Below, piece after piece: positions 63,610 through 64,000 of a stretch of 64,000 nt of DNA. The notes beneath the pieces were generated by a model, which had not been told where the DNA came from, did no database searches, and was given only the letters and a program-made list of their open reading frames with translations. The stretch is from Octopus vulgaris (taxonomy: Eukaryota). The position numbers and the translations under genes are program-made. Each line of letters starts with the position of its first letter. The first letter of the stretch is position 1. The stretch lies in the NCBI GenBank assembly GCA_951406725.2, contig OX597820.1:61070001-61134000 (forward strand). The letters are read 5' to 3'.

Positions 63610-63997
63610 TCTATCTTTTACTTGTTTCAGTCATTTGACTGCGGCCATGCTGGAGCACCGCCTTTAGTCGAGCAAATCGACCCCAGGACTTATTCTTTGT
63701 AAGCCTAGTACTTTTTCTATCGGTCTCTTTTGCCGAACCGCTAAGTGACGGGGACGTAAACACTCCAGCATCGGTTGTCAAGCGATGTTGGGGAGACAAA
63801 CACAGACACACAAACATACATATATATATATACATATATACGACAGGCTTCTTTCAGTTTCCGTCTACCAAATCCACTCACAAGGCTTTGATCGGCCCGA
63901 GGCTATAGTAGAAGACATTTGCCCAAGGTGCCACGCAGTGGGACTGAACCTGGAACCATGTGGTCGGTAAGCAAGCTACTTATCACTGCTGCGCCTG
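63610..63997 (-). mobile_element. SINE family A
   Basis: As above. Confidence 0.88.
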
Positions 63998-64000
63998 ATA

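Overview
AT-rich, repeat-dense animal genomic DNA. The SINE families, the (TA)n/(CA)n load and the gene content suggest an octopus/cephalopod genome (inference). Two protein-coding genes are supported. (1) The last, homeobox-containing exon of the ParaHox gene Xlox/Pdx (+, 7683-8179). (2) A convergent INF2-type formin (-) whose 13 coding exons I could chain by hand with canonical GT-AG sites and consistent phases from 58856 to the stop at 27654 (DID/FH3, FH1, FH2, WH2/DAD). Its 5' end lies beyond the window and it has one apparent 1-nt frameshift in FH1. The rest is SINEs, LINE fragments (CR1-group, RTE), Tc1/mariner, DD41D and Tigger remnants, MITEs and a Helitron. The most striking unannotated signal is a recurring class of short inverted-repeat elements, often beside (TA)n tracts, whose arms carry outward-facing minimal type I hammerhead-ribozyme motifs. 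At least 7 such pairs and several solo motifs occur, from different sequence families and with variant catalytic cores; they are probably Penelope-like pLTR derivatives. A CpG-rich NRF1/ETS/YY1 promoter-like island lies inside a formin intron. All calls were made by eye; no database searches were run.
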